A stretch of 47,458 nucleotides of DNA, from contig JBEKSC010000022.1 in the NCBI GenBank assembly GCA_049517415.1, positions 1 to 47,458 on the forward strand, in the 5' to 3' direction. This document shows positions 20,209 through 30,477 of the stretch, in pieces. The notes under the pieces were generated by a model that was given only the letters and a program-made list of their open reading frames with translations, was not told where the DNA came from and searched no databases. The position numbers were made by a program, and so were the translations under genes. The stretch's first letter is position 1; the number at the start of each line of letters is the position of its first letter. The DNA is from Candidatus Bathyarchaeia archaeon (GTDB lineage Archaea; Thermoproteota; Bathyarchaeia; 40CM-2-53-6).

Positions 20209-21315
20209 GTGAAGTTGGCGCGAGTCATATTCCATGTTGACCTAGATGCGTTCTATGCTTCAGTGGAGCAAAGGGAGAATCCTTCCCTTCGTGGCGTTTC
20301 GCTTGTCATCGGCGCCGACCCTAAGGAGGGTAAAGGAAGGGGCGTTGTCGTTGCATGTTCGTACGAAGCCCGAAAGCTTGGATTGCACTCGGGCCAGCCA
20401 ATATCTAGAGCTTACAAGTTGTGTCCACATGGCGTCTACGTGCGACCCAACCTCGCTTTGTACGGCCAGGTTTCAAACGATGTTATGGAGAGAATCAAGA
20501 AATATGCTGACAGATTTGAGCAGGTTAGCATAGACGAAGCCTACTTAGATGTAACTGAGAGTTGCAAACGCCACGGCGGCCCCCTTGAATTGGCGAGTCT
20601 GATCAAAACTGAACTAAAGGAAGAGGAGGGACTTACTTGCTCGATCGGGATAGCCCCGAACAAGTCTACAGCCAAGATAGCGTCGGATTTCCAAAAACCC
20701 GACGGCCTAACTTACGTGGAAGCCGCTCACGTAAAGGAGTTCCTCGCACCCTTGCCAGTTTCCAAGATAAGTGGTGTTGGAAAAAAGACAGAGCAAACAC
20801 TTATCCAACTTGGAATCAAGAAGATTGGCGATCTTGCCAAGTATCCTCCCAAAGAATTGCTTAAGAAATTCGGCAAGCCAGCGATCTGGTTATGGGCTAT
20901 AGCCAACGCAGAGGAGCAAGTAGAAGTTCAAGAGAACTACGTGATGAAGTCTATCGGGGCCGAACACACATTTGAGGTTGATACTAATGATTGGTCTGCC
21001 ATAGACAGACAGCTCTCTGACCTGATTGACCAAGTCTACAATCGATTGATGGACGAAAACAAGGTCTTTCGAACAATAACCTTGAAGGTACGATTTACGG
21101 GCTTTCAGACCTACACCCGAGCAAAGTCACTACGATTCGCAACCTCGAGTAAGGAAGCGATATTTGAGGGAGTACGAGCCCTCGGAGCCGAATTCAGGAA
21201 TCATCCAAAGAAAGTACGGCTTGTCGGGGTCAGGCTGTCAAGTTTGGAAAATGAGAAAGTGAGGAAGCCCATCGCGAAGGGGACGTTGGATTCGTTTGCG
21301 GCGAATAGCACTTAA
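20209..21315 (+). CDS. dinB: Y-family DNA polymerase IV
   Basis: HVDLDAFYASVE; SYEAR; SIDEAYLD; little-finger domain. Confidence 0.95.
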   Translation: MKLARVIFHVDLDAFYASVEQRENPSLRGVSLVIGADPKEGKGRGVVVACSYEARKLGLHSGQPISRAYKLCPHGVYVRPNLALYGQVSNDVMERIKKYADRFEQVSIDEAYLDVTESCKRHGGPLELASLIKTELKEEEGLTCSIGIAPNKSTAKIASDFQKPDGLTYVEAAHVKEFLAPLPVSKISGVGKKTEQTLIQLGIKKIGDLAKYPPKELLKKFGKPAIWLWAIANAEEQVEVQENYVMKSIGAEHTFEVDTNDWSAIDRQLSDLIDQVYNRLMDENKVFRTITLKVRFTGFQTYTRAKSLRFATSSKEAIFEGVRALGAEFRNHPKKVRLVGVRLSSLENEKVRKPIAKGTLDSFAANST

Positions 21316-22214
21316 GCTGTTAGTTTCATCTCGGGCAGAATGCGGTTTACTGCAACGCGTAAGGCTTCTATCTCGTTAGAATGCATCGATCGTAGCGGGA
21401 GTCTAACATGGCCACTTTTCAGGCCCCGCATCTTAACAGCCTCTAGGATTGGTGTCAGAGGAGGGGTTGACAACGCATTGCGAAGGGCGCGTATTTTGAT
21501 TTGTAGAGCTTTTCCCTTCTCAAAATCCTTCGCCTTGTAAGCTTCGTACATTTCAACAAAATGTTCGGGAATTACATTTGCGGTAGCTGAAACGCCACCG
21601 TGGATACCGGCGCAGAGGGCTGAGAAAAGGTATGAGTCCGTTCCCGTGATTACGTTGAAGTCGTCGGGAACACTGCGCATGTAATCCAGAAGCTGCGTAA
21701 AGTCCCCACTGCTATCCTTGATACCAACAACTCTCGGAATTTCACTCAATTTCTGAAGTAGTTTGGGATCGACGTTAAACCCTGTATTTGGTGGAATGTT
21801 GTATACGAACAAGGGGAGGCTCGTGGTACGTGATAATTTCTGATAATACTCGATGATCGCTTCGTCCCCCGGATGATAATAGAAGGGAGTTAGGCTGGCC
21901 ACCGCGTCGGCCCCGATCTTCTCGGCGTGGCGCGCAAGATCTAGGGTGACTGTGGGCTCCGAAGCACCAATCTGCACAATGACCGGGACGCGTCCACTTG
22001 TCTCTTCCACAACAACTTCAGCGACTCGTTTTCTCTCAAATGCCTCCATTGCCGGACCCACGCCTGTAGTCCCTAGGGGATAGAAACCGTTCACTCGGGC
22101 CTTCAACTGGAATCTGAGAATTTCGCGTAATGCTTCTTCGTCAACCTCGCCGTCTTGGGTGAAGGGGGTAACGAGTGCCGTTGTGATTCCTCGGAGCTTG
22201 AAGTTGTCCGCCAT
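21312..22214 (-). CDS. Dihydrodipicolinate synthase family aldolase
   Basis: TALVTPF; GTTG; YNIP; GIKDSSGD. Confidence 0.9.
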   Translation of the reverse strand: MADNFKLRGITTALVTPFTQDGEVDEEALREILRFQLKARVNGFYPLGTTGVGPAMEAFERKRVAEVVVEETSGRVPVIVQIGASEPTVTLDLARHAEKIGADAVASLTPFYYHPGDEAIIEYYQKLSRTTSLPLFVYNIPPNTGFNVDPKLLQKLSEIPRVVGIKDSSGDFTQLLDYMRSVPDDFNVITGTDSYLFSALCAGIHGGVSATANVIPEHFVEMYEAYKAKDFEKGKALQIKIRALRNALSTPPLTPILEAVKMRGLKSGHVRLPLRSMHSNEIEALRVAVNRILPEMKLTA

Positions 22215-22305
22215 AGAGGGAGTTCGCCGCGAAAGCCGTTTGCCGGACTAACTAAAATGCGTTCGCATTGTGAACGTGGCCACTAATGCTGAACGCTTGA
22301 GCAGC

Positions 22306-22926
22306 CTATGATCGCCTATGCTCGAGGAAACGGGTTAGGCGCGTCGCCATCTTCAACGCAATTCTGCCTGGGAGGGTAATGAGGTAGCGGCCGCGGTCCC
22401 CTTCCTGCACTACGAGGCCAGCCTCTTCAAGGGTCTTGAGGTGACTAGAGATTGTGCTCGGGGAGATATCCTTGAGAACGGATTCTATCTCGCTCGCGTA
22501 CCTCCCTCCGTAAAGGAGTTCGCTCAAAATTCGAAGGCGATGCTCGCTGGCCATCGCGCCCATCAAAGTGGAAGCCCTTTCTGCCTCCGCAACGCTCATC
22601 GACCTCGCTTGCACTTTCGCCACGTGGCGATCGAACCAAGCCCCCGTGGGATCCACGAAGACTGATCGTTCAATTTCCGATGATATCCCGGACATCACGC
22701 TCTGAACAACATCGTTGACGTACTCGGATAGGGATTCGCCGAAACTTGGTCTGCTGGATTTTTCAGACTCTTTGGCTTTCTGCGGAGGAATAGCATGCGA
22801 GAGGCGCTGCACTTCCTCTCTTAACCTAGCCACTTCTTCCTTCAGGTCGCCAAAGTTGTCGGGTGATTCGTTGATTTTTTCGGGCAATTGTATCACCAAA
22901 TTGAGTTTTGGTAAAAACGAATTCAA
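22306..22926 (-). CDS. ArsR-family transcriptional regulator with N-terminal extension (start uncertain)
   Basis: RLRIL...STISSHLKTLEEAGLV..GRY. Confidence 0.85.
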   Translation of the reverse strand: MNSFLPKLNLVIQLPEKINESPDNFGDLKEEVARLREEVQRLSHAIPPQKAKESEKSSRPSFGESLSEYVNDVVQSVMSGISSEIERSVFVDPTGAWFDRHVAKVQARSMSVAEAERASTLMGAMASEHRLRILSELLYGGRYASEIESVLKDISPSTISSHLKTLEEAGLVVQEGDRGRYLITLPGRIALKMATRLTRFLEHRRS

Positions 22927-22959
22927 TTCGAATGTATTAAGCCTTGCTTATGAGAAGCG

Positions 22960-23373
22960 TTGATTGGAAATTTGGCTTGTTGTTCAGGGATAGCTTCAAA
23001 GCCATGTCCACTCCTCGCGCAGCGTCAGGGAAGGAATACGGAGTTACACTCGTCGGATTTTGAAGACGGTCGACTGAAGAGTACGGACACAATCCCCGTC
23101 CTTTTTTACGCCGAATGGTGCCCGTTCTGTAGAATTTTCTATCCGGAATTTGACAAAGCGTTGAAGGGCAAGCGAGTCCAATGGGCGAAGGTTGACATAA
23201 GTGACGATGATAATCCGCTGTGGGAAATGTTCGGGATCAGCATTGTCCCAACGGTGGTCGTCTTCAAAGACGGCCAACCGGTCTTTAGAAGAGACGGTGT
23301 GCAAGGCCGTGGTCTACCGAAGACAGCCATCGACGAGACCCTCCAAGAAATCGAGACGAATGCAACGCATTAG
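22960..23373 (+). CDS. Thioredoxin family protein (start uncertain)
   Basis: FYAEWCPFC; IVPTVVVFKDG. Confidence 0.85.
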   Translation: MIGNLACCSGIASKPCPLLAQRQGRNTELHSSDFEDGRLKSTDTIPVLFYAEWCPFCRIFYPEFDKALKGKRVQWAKVDISDDDNPLWEMFGISIVPTVVVFKDGQPVFRRDGVQGRGLPKTAIDETLQEIETNATH

Positions 23374-23378
23374 GCGCT

Positions 23379-23675
23379 TCATTCGCATTCGTACACAATT
23401 TCCTTTTCCAGTGGTTTGCCCTTCCTAAACTTCCATATCTCAACTGTTCCCCGGAAAGCTTCTCCCCAAAGCTTGAGCGTTTTGCGTTCTGTTTCGGTCG
23501 CTCTGCCTTGTCCGCTTTTGACTTGAACCATGAGTATACGTCCACCACGTCCTGCGAAAATGTCGACTGGTCCATGGGAGGCCGCGCTTCTACTGCAGAA
23601 CCACCCTTCCGCTCTTAATCGGTGTAAGGCCTGGTATTCGCGGCTTCGACCCCTAGTATACGGCGTGGACCCCAT
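23379..23675 (-). CDS. Hjc-like PD-(D/E)xK nuclease (Holliday-junction resolvase fold)
   Basis: GRSRE; RSAAS..PVDIFA; VQVKS. Confidence 0.75.
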   Translation of the reverse strand: MGSTPYTRGRSREYQALHRLRAEGWFCSRSAASHGPVDIFAGRGGRILMVQVKSGQGRATETERKTLKLWGEAFRGTVEIWKFRKGKPLEKEIVYECE

Positions 23676-23775
23676 ACTACATCAAATCCCGAGTTTTCTT
23701 CTCCCCACGATGAATCTGTGGTATTCTCATTAACGCTGGGGCTTTTTTTCAAATGGCATGCCTTTCGACCTTGGC

Positions 23776-25419
23776 CTAGTCGACTCTTGGTCCTGCCAGG
23801 AGTAGTTCTGGTGGACAGTTTGTTTCATATTTCTTGAAATTGTCTATGAACCGAAGTGCGAGTTGGTGGTATTTTTTCATGTACGCCGTTTCGCTTGGCC
23901 AAGATTCTGATGGGTTTAGAACCTTCGTGGGGATACCTTCACAGCTCTTCGGTATTTTGAAACCGAAGATAGGGTCGATGTGGAACTCGGTCTTCGCAAA
24001 GCCGCCACTCAGTGCTGTGTTGAGTAGGGTACGTGTGTATGCGATACTGATTCGTTTGCCGACGCCATATGCTCCACCGGTCCAGCCTGTGTTTACAAGC
24101 CAGCAATTTGGTTCGTGGCGGGTGATCTTGCGTTTCAGTAAATCCAAGTATGTGTTTGGGTGGTGGACCATGAAGGGTGCGCCTAGACAGGTGCTGAAGG
24201 TTATCTCGGGTTCCTTGCCAAGTTCAATTTCGGTTGCTGCAATCTTCGCTGTGTAGCCTGAGATGAATTGGTAGAGCATCTGGTCCAATGTCAGTTTCGC
24301 TATAGGCGGCATTACGCCGAAGGCATCGCAGGTTAGGATCACGATGCTTCGAGGGTGGTCTCCTCTCTTCTCTGGAACCCAGTTTTCTATATAGTCAAGC
24401 GGATAAGAGGCACGCGTGTTCTCCGTGAACGAAGCGTCATCCAAGTCGATTATGCGTGTGGCCGGGTCGACTACTACGTTCTCCAGAATCGTTCCGAATC
24501 TGTGTGTGGCCGCGTAAATTTGTGGTTCTGCAGAGGGAGATAAGCTGATGACCTTAGCGTAGCAGCCTCCTTCGAAATTGAAGACCCCATTGTCACTCCA
24601 GCCATGCTCGTCATCGCCAATCAAGCGTCGTTTAGGGTCTGCTGAGAGAGTTGTTTTTCCTGTTCCTGACAGGCCGAAGAACAGGGCGGTATCTCCGTCC
24701 TTCCCGATGTTCGCTGAGCAATGCATTGGCATGACACCGCGTAAGGGTAGTTCGTAGTTGAGAAAAGTGAAGATGGACTTCTTCATTTCGCCAGCGTAAG
24801 ATGTGTTCCCAATAATGCATAGGCCCTGCGCGAGGTTTAGGGTTATGAACGTGTCCGTCTGCACACCGTCGATTTGTGGAAGCCCGTGGAATGAGGGGAA
24901 GGCGATGACGGTGAAGTCTGGGATGTGGCGTTTGTACTCCTCTCGATTGCGAGGTAGAATGAACATGTTTCGAGCAAATAGGCTATGCCAAGCGTGTTCG
25001 GTAATGATGCGTATCGGTATCCGGTAGTTTTCATCAGCACATACAAAACAGTCTTGAACGAAGACATCTTTGGCTTGAAGGAAGGCTTGTAACCGATCGA
25101 GGAGCTCGTTGAACTTATCTGGGCTCAGAGGCCTATTGTATTCTCCCCACCAGATATGTTTCTCGGATGAGTTCTCTCTCACGATGTATTTGTCGTTTGG
25201 TGAACGGGCTGTCCGTTTTCCAGTGTTCACTACTATCGCTCCGCCTTGAGAGATCTTGCTTTCACCGCGGAAGACGCTCTCTTCGTATAATGCGGCTCTT
25301 CGCAGATTCCAGTAAGTCTCGTGTAAGTTTGTTAACCCATGATTTTCGAGACCGTAATCAGCCTGCAACGCGTGGGCTTCCTTTTGGGCGGGAGTTTGAA
25401 TGTTGAGTATGTTGTTCAT
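23776..25419 (-). CDS. pckA: Phosphoenolpyruvate carboxykinase (ATP)
   Basis: YAGEMKKS; GLSGTGKTTLS; IGDDEHGW; NFEGGCYAK; ENTR. Confidence 0.96.
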   Translation of the reverse strand: MNNILNIQTPAQKEAHALQADYGLENHGLTNLHETYWNLRRAALYEESVFRGESKISQGGAIVVNTGKRTARSPNDKYIVRENSSEKHIWWGEYNRPLSPDKFNELLDRLQAFLQAKDVFVQDCFVCADENYRIPIRIITEHAWHSLFARNMFILPRNREEYKRHIPDFTVIAFPSFHGLPQIDGVQTDTFITLNLAQGLCIIGNTSYAGEMKKSIFTFLNYELPLRGVMPMHCSANIGKDGDTALFFGLSGTGKTTLSADPKRRLIGDDEHGWSDNGVFNFEGGCYAKVISLSPSAEPQIYAATHRFGTILENVVVDPATRIIDLDDASFTENTRASYPLDYIENWVPEKRGDHPRSIVILTCDAFGVMPPIAKLTLDQMLYQFISGYTAKIAATEIELGKEPEITFSTCLGAPFMVHHPNTYLDLLKRKITRHEPNCWLVNTGWTGGAYGVGKRISIAYTRTLLNTALSGGFAKTEFHIDPIFGFKIPKSCEGIPTKVLNPSESWPSETAYMKKYHQLALRFIDNFKKYETNCPPELLLAGPRVD

Positions 25420-26633
25420 AGCCAGTCCCTGATCATTTTCTTGTCTCCGATGTATATCTCGTTAGGAGATGAAGGGTCAAGGGCCCATTTCATTCTAGCC
25501 ACACCCTCGACTAGGTCGTTTACCGAGCCGGAGAAGCTTAGGCGCAGTCGTCCTTCCATTCCAAATTCCTTGCCTGGCACAGTAACCACAAGTGCCTTCT
25601 TCAGAAGAAATTCTGATAACTTCACCGAGTCTGGTTCATAAGCCCTGAAGTCCGGGAAGCAGTAGAATGTTCCATCAGGCTCGGTGGTCTTTACGCCGTT
25701 GAATGATCTCAATTCCCGCATGATAATGTCGCGATTGTTCTGGATTGTAAGTCGGAGGTTTTCAACGATGCTTTGCAGGCCGGTGAGTGCTCCTTCGGCG
25801 GCGGCTTGAAGAATTATTGAAGCGCAAGATGTCGTCTGAGCTTGGATGTTCGTCATTACTCTAACTAGACGGGTCGGCGCAATGGCCCAACCTATTCTGA
25901 ACCCTGTCATGCCGTAAAGCTTCGAAATACCGTTGACGGATATCACCCGTGACTCGTCGATATCTCCTTGAGCGAACTCGTAGCATGACACGGCTTTCTT
26001 TCCATCAAAGACGAGTTTGTGGTAGATGTCGTCCATAATGAGGTAGATCTGTTTCTTTTCACAGAACTCGACGATTTCCTTGATGAACCCCTCTTTGAAG
26101 ACCAGTCCCGATGGGTTGTTGGGGCTGTTGACGATGATCGCTTTGGTGGACGAGCTAACGGCTTCAGTGATGTCTGTCATTCGGGGATGGAGGCCCCCGT
26201 CTTCAGGTGTGACAAATACTGGACTACCGTAGACCATCCTCGTAATTTCAGGGTAACTCACCCAGTAGGGTGCTAAGATTATGACTTCGTCTTGTGGATT
26301 CAAGAGGGTATAGAGGATGTTGTAGATAGCCTGCTTGGCACCTGACGTAACAATTATGTTTTCAGGGTCAACGACCTTATCGTAATTCTCTTCCGTGTAT
26401 CGTATGATCGCTTGCTTCAGGGAAGGGATACCGTCCGTGGGTGAATATTTGATGTCCCCCGTGTTCAGCTTAGCGGCCGAATTCAGGATTGCATTGATCG
26501 GCGCTTTGTTCTTTGGTTCACCAATCCCAAGATGAATAACTGGTTCTCCGCGTTGGCGCAGAAGTTCTGCCTCTTCATTCATCCGCAGAGTGGGGGATTC
26601 AGCGATAGATGCGGCTAAAGAGCTTACCGTCAA
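25416..26633 (-). CDS. PLP-dependent aminotransferase class I (aspartate aminotransferase-like)
   Basis: NSPNNPSG; DDIY; SKLYGMTGFRIG. Confidence 0.92.
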   Translation of the reverse strand: MTVSSLAASIAESPTLRMNEEAELLRQRGEPVIHLGIGEPKNKAPINAILNSAAKLNTGDIKYSPTDGIPSLKQAIIRYTEENYDKVVDPENIIVTSGAKQAIYNILYTLLNPQDEVIILAPYWVSYPEITRMVYGSPVFVTPEDGGLHPRMTDITEAVSSSTKAIIVNSPNNPSGLVFKEGFIKEIVEFCEKKQIYLIMDDIYHKLVFDGKKAVSCYEFAQGDIDESRVISVNGISKLYGMTGFRIGWAIAPTRLVRVMTNIQAQTTSCASIILQAAAEGALTGLQSIVENLRLTIQNNRDIIMRELRSFNGVKTTEPDGTFYCFPDFRAYEPDSVKLSEFLLKKALVVTVPGKEFGMEGRLRLSFSGSVNDLVEGVARMKWALDPSSPNEIYIGDKKMIRDWL

Positions 26634-26701
26634 GGAAAGTCAAGCATCATAGCCGGAAACGGATTTCAACTTTATGTAATGATCCGTCATCATTCTCGGG
26701 G

Positions 26702-27679
26702 TTAGAGTTCGCGGACTATTCCAGGTATTTTGGGAAACGGCTGAACTTCGCCTATGTGCCTCGCACCCACTATCCAGCTTACGAGTCTTTCGACACCTAT
26801 CCCTGCGCCGGCAGATGGCTTCAACCTCTGCTCCTTTGCCAGCTGGAGAAGGAGGGCATAGTTTTCTTTCGCGACTCCATCCCTTTGCATCTTCGCGAGG
26901 ATTTTCTCGTACTCCCATTCTCGCCTAGCCCCCGAAAGCACCTCACCGTATCTCGGCAGGTATAGGTCGTAATTATCCCACCTCTGTATCCGCAGGTCCT
27001 GGTAATCATAGAATTCCCTGGGTATATCGGTAACCCATGCGGGGTCACGAATTTCCATCGGCAATCTCGCCTCCCATGCCTCGCCGTACTTCGCAACGAG
27101 TTCCTCTCTGTCGAAGACATCGAAAGCCGCCGTTTGAAATCCGAGTCTCTCATTTCGTAGAGAGTTCAACGTTTGACTGCAATGCGCGTTCAGATCTTCC
27201 ACCATACCCCGGAGGACTGCCTCGCATAGCTGCATGATGTCGTTGGATGATGCCGACCTTGCCTCGAAATCTAACTGTGTGAACTCGTAAACATGCCACC
27301 CAGTCGATTTTCTTTCCCTCCTCTCAACTCGCACGTTGGGTGAGAGAATGAAGAACTTAGGATGTAGCAGGGAGCATGCAACGAGTTTGTGAATTATCAT
27401 ACTAAGCGTCGTTCGGACTTTCTCATCGTACAATTCGACTTCGATCCGTTTCTCTATCGACGCTCCCGGATCTGGCCAGAGCGGGTCAGTGGATTTCGAG
27501 AATATCACGGGAAGCGACCATTCGAATCCCAATGATGTGAATTTTTCAGTAAGGTATCTTAGTGCGCGCGTTGTAACCGCGGCGATCCGGCGTTTTCTCT
27601 CAAGTTCGTCCGCGGACAGTTGCTCTAAAGGCTTAGGAAATTCTCGTATCGACTGGCGTGTTTCCGTCTTAAGCAACAT
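26702..27679 (-). CDS. asnA: Archaeal asparagine synthetase A (AspRS/AsnRS catalytic-domain paralogue)
   Basis: TDPLWPD; SMIIHK; EFTQLDFE; GEVLSGARRE; GAGIGVERL; no anticodon-binding domain. Confidence 0.88.
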   Translation of the reverse strand: MLLKTETRQSIREFPKPLEQLSADELERKRRIAAVTTRALRYLTEKFTSLGFEWSLPVIFSKSTDPLWPDPGASIEKRIEVELYDEKVRTTLSMIIHKLVACSLLHPKFFILSPNVRVERRERKSTGWHVYEFTQLDFEARSASSNDIMQLCEAVLRGMVEDLNAHCSQTLNSLRNERLGFQTAAFDVFDREELVAKYGEAWEARLPMEIRDPAWVTDIPREFYDYQDLRIQRWDNYDLYLPRYGEVLSGARREWEYEKILAKMQRDGVAKENYALLLQLAKEQRLKPSAGAGIGVERLVSWIVGARHIGEVQPFPKIPGIVREL

Positions 27680-27786
27680 AGCGCACGACGTTCTCTCGTT
27701 TCACTATAAGCATATTGACGTAAGAACCGGCTTTTTACCGGAAAATAACCACAAAACTTAATCGTAATTGGCATATTGCCGGACTT

Positions 27787-28227
27787 ATGTTAAACGAGAA
27801 GGATCGCAGGATTCTTGATGAGCTGATGGAGGATGCTCGGAAGTCTGTCGTGGACATGTCGAACGACTTGGGAATTCCGCGGGCGACTGTGCAAGAACGG
27901 ATTCAGAGGATGAAGCTGACTGGAGTTATCAGGAAATTTGTTGCAATACCAGACTACTCGCTTCTCGGAAGGCCAGTAACCGCGTTCATTCTTGTCTCTT
28001 TCATGCCGGGTACTGTCTCCCAGAGGGAGCTTGGCGAGGCGATAGGCCAGTTGCCGAGGGTTGAGGAGGTTCACTTGATCACTGGAGAGTGGGATATCAT
28101 GTTGAAGGTTAGGGCCGCGTCGATGGATGAGCTAGGCAAATTGGTACTTGATAGGCTTAGGTCTATGAAAGGCGTTAGGGGAACGGTTACTTGCGTCTGC
28201 TTCAACACGTTAAAGGAACACGCCTGA
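27787..28227 (+). CDS. Lrp/AsnC-family transcriptional regulator
   Basis: DRRIL..L..DAR; HTH; ITGEWDI RAM domain. Divergent from asnA. Confidence 0.93.
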   Translation: MLNEKDRRILDELMEDARKSVVDMSNDLGIPRATVQERIQRMKLTGVIRKFVAIPDYSLLGRPVTAFILVSFMPGTVSQRELGEAIGQLPRVEEVHLITGEWDIMLKVRAASMDELGKLVLDRLRSMKGVRGTVTCVCFNTLKEHA

Positions 28228-29005
28228 TTTTCGAAACATCGAGGACTTGGGCCGGTCTACTGTACGGGGCGAACTGGCCAAGGAATCACGCACGTTTCAG
28301 ATCGCGTTACGCTCTAATGATGACTTTTCCCCGAACATTCCCGGAATGGTCCTAGTGAGTTAGCGAAAGGTGATTCTGGTTCTTCAGGGCCTTCCGTGAC
28401 GAACAAGACGAACGGCGTAGCGGCCGCCGCCAACGCGCCGTGGTGGTTCGAAGCATATCGCTGCTTCGCGTCACTTTACGTGGACTATGATTAAGTCGCC
28501 CTCTACGTCGCCGTGGGTTTGCCGCCGTAGTTACAAGAAGACTATAGCAAACCCGAGATGCAACAATCTATGAAAAGTGATTTCTTTTGGACAGTAAGAG
28601 GTTAATTCTCTTCAGCGGGACTTTACTGACAGTCTGCGCAACTGCAGGTTACCTGTATCTTCGCCATAGGCTAGATGAGTCGATGAAGGAACTCGTCCTT
28701 TAGGCTCATCTGATTCACTCTAGTGGATCCCTCAGAAGCGATACGCATACGGCATAAGGCTCACGCGCGCCATGGTGACTCCGCCCGCAAGCTTCTGCAG
28801 AAGTCAGAAGAAATAATGGAGTCTGGAAGTTATGACGCCGTTCAATCAATGTCCCCGTTGACAGCATTTTCGAAGAGAAACCTTAGGAGTTAGAATATAT
28901 TCCAGCTTAATTCTACTATACCTACTGAGCAACATCGCCGGTTGACCACGGTGCATGACCGTATCGGTTCCATGGGAATGGCTTTCAAGTTGAGTTGAAA
29001 CCTGA

Positions 29006-29995
29006 TTGGTGGAAATCAAGATATTTCCTAGGATTAGATTGGCGACACTTCCTACGCCGTTGTCCGAATTGCACAACCTTTCTACAGAGGTCGGCGCAGA
29101 GATTTGGATTAAACGCGATGACTTGACTGGTTTTGCTGGCGGGGGTAACAAGGTACGGAAGGCTGAATTTCTGCTAGCGGATGCCCAACAGAAAGGTGCG
29201 GACACAATTCTAACCGTTGGAGCAACTCAATCTAATCATACGCGTGTGATTGCGGCAGGCGCACGGATGCTCGGGAAGGAATGTCACCTTTTCCTTAATG
29301 GGCCAAAACCAGACAAATCATCCGGCAACCTGCTTCTCGACTTGCTCTCGGAAGCAACAGTGCACTGGGCCGCTGCACCCGATAGCAGAGAACATGAGAT
29401 GCTAATGTTTGCCGAAGAGCTACGGAAACAGGGACGGGAGCCGTATGCTATTGGGGTCGGAGGGTCGAACCAGATAGGCGCGTGGGGGTATGTTGAAGGA
29501 TTCTTGGAGCTCGATAGGCAATTACAGGCGTTGCCTACGAAGGCGACTACTCTTGTGTTCGCGTCGTCGAGCGGCGGCACACATGCGGGCCTCCTGGCCG
29601 GAAAAGTGATCATCTCTTCAAAAATCAAGCTTCTCGGAATCCGCATTGACTCCGATCCAGGCCTTGAGAAGAGCATCTGCTCGGTGGCAAATGGATGTTT
29701 GAAAATGCAAGGCATGGACCGAACCCTTTCCGAGGATGAAGTGCAACTCAACAATGATTACGTTGGAGACGGATATGGATTGCCAACTGCGGAATCGCAA
29801 GAGGCCTTGAGGCGGTTATGGCGTTCTGAATGCATCCTCTTGGACTTCGTATATACTGCGAAAGCAATGGCAGGCCTAATAGGCCTCGCCCGGTCCGGCG
29901 CATTCTCCAACGAACGCGTCGTCTTCCTACATAGTGGGGGAATGGCAGCGTTCTTCGGATCCACCTCCTACTCGCCTCTTGCAACACTAAGTTAG
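29006..29995 (+). CDS. D-cysteine desulfhydrase / ACC deaminase family PLP enzyme
   Basis: IKRDD..GGNKVRK; QSNH; SSGGT; YTAKA; LHSGG. Confidence 0.92.
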   Translation: MVEIKIFPRIRLATLPTPLSELHNLSTEVGAEIWIKRDDLTGFAGGGNKVRKAEFLLADAQQKGADTILTVGATQSNHTRVIAAGARMLGKECHLFLNGPKPDKSSGNLLLDLLSEATVHWAAAPDSREHEMLMFAEELRKQGREPYAIGVGGSNQIGAWGYVEGFLELDRQLQALPTKATTLVFASSSGGTHAGLLAGKVIISSKIKLLGIRIDSDPGLEKSICSVANGCLKMQGMDRTLSEDEVQLNNDYVGDGYGLPTAESQEALRRLWRSECILLDFVYTAKAMAGLIGLARSGAFSNERVVFLHSGGMAAFFGSTSYSPLATLS

Positions 29996-30288
29996 ATATT
30001 TGTCAGCCGCCGTCACAATGTTTCAAAAGGTACTTTTCTTGACCTAGAAGCTCCGAGCTACATTTCGGACAATCTAAGCTCATTCACAATACTTGAAAAA
30101 TACAAACAGATAACGAGAGAATTGTCGTCCGACCCATCGGTCAGTGAATAATGAAAGTAGAATTTCAGGTAAGGAAGAGAAGAACTCATCCTGATTTGGC
30201 TGCCCTGCCGAGATTTGAACCTAGCAATCTCGTGGGTTCAATTCAACTCGCAATGGTTCCATCCCATGGGACGGCAAATCCTGTGTTC

Positions 30289-30477
30289 TCATGATGGCAC
30301 TTTAGATGCTTGTTGTCCTCTTAGTCCCCAGTTGTTTTTTGGCACATCGTGGATTACTATATGAAGTGATTCAGGTTTTACGCCGATCTCTTCGAAAGCT
30401 TTCGTTATACCTTTGATGAGCGTCTCCTTCTGTTCGGGAGCTCTTCCTTCCCACATCTCAACTATGACTACGGGCAT
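30289..30477 (-). CDS. 4-oxalocrotonate tautomerase family protein
   Basis: N-terminal MP (catalytic Pro); GR..EQK; NWG..G; SD GGAGGTGA upstream. Confidence 0.92.
   Translation of the reverse strand: MPVVIVEMWEGRAPEQKETLIKGITKAFEEIGVKPESLHIVIHDVPKNNWGLRGQQASKVPS

Noticed and set aside
23379..23675. Hjc-like nuclease as a marker of a provirus or mobile element
   Set aside because: No integrase, transposase, capsid or terminal repeats were seen nearby.
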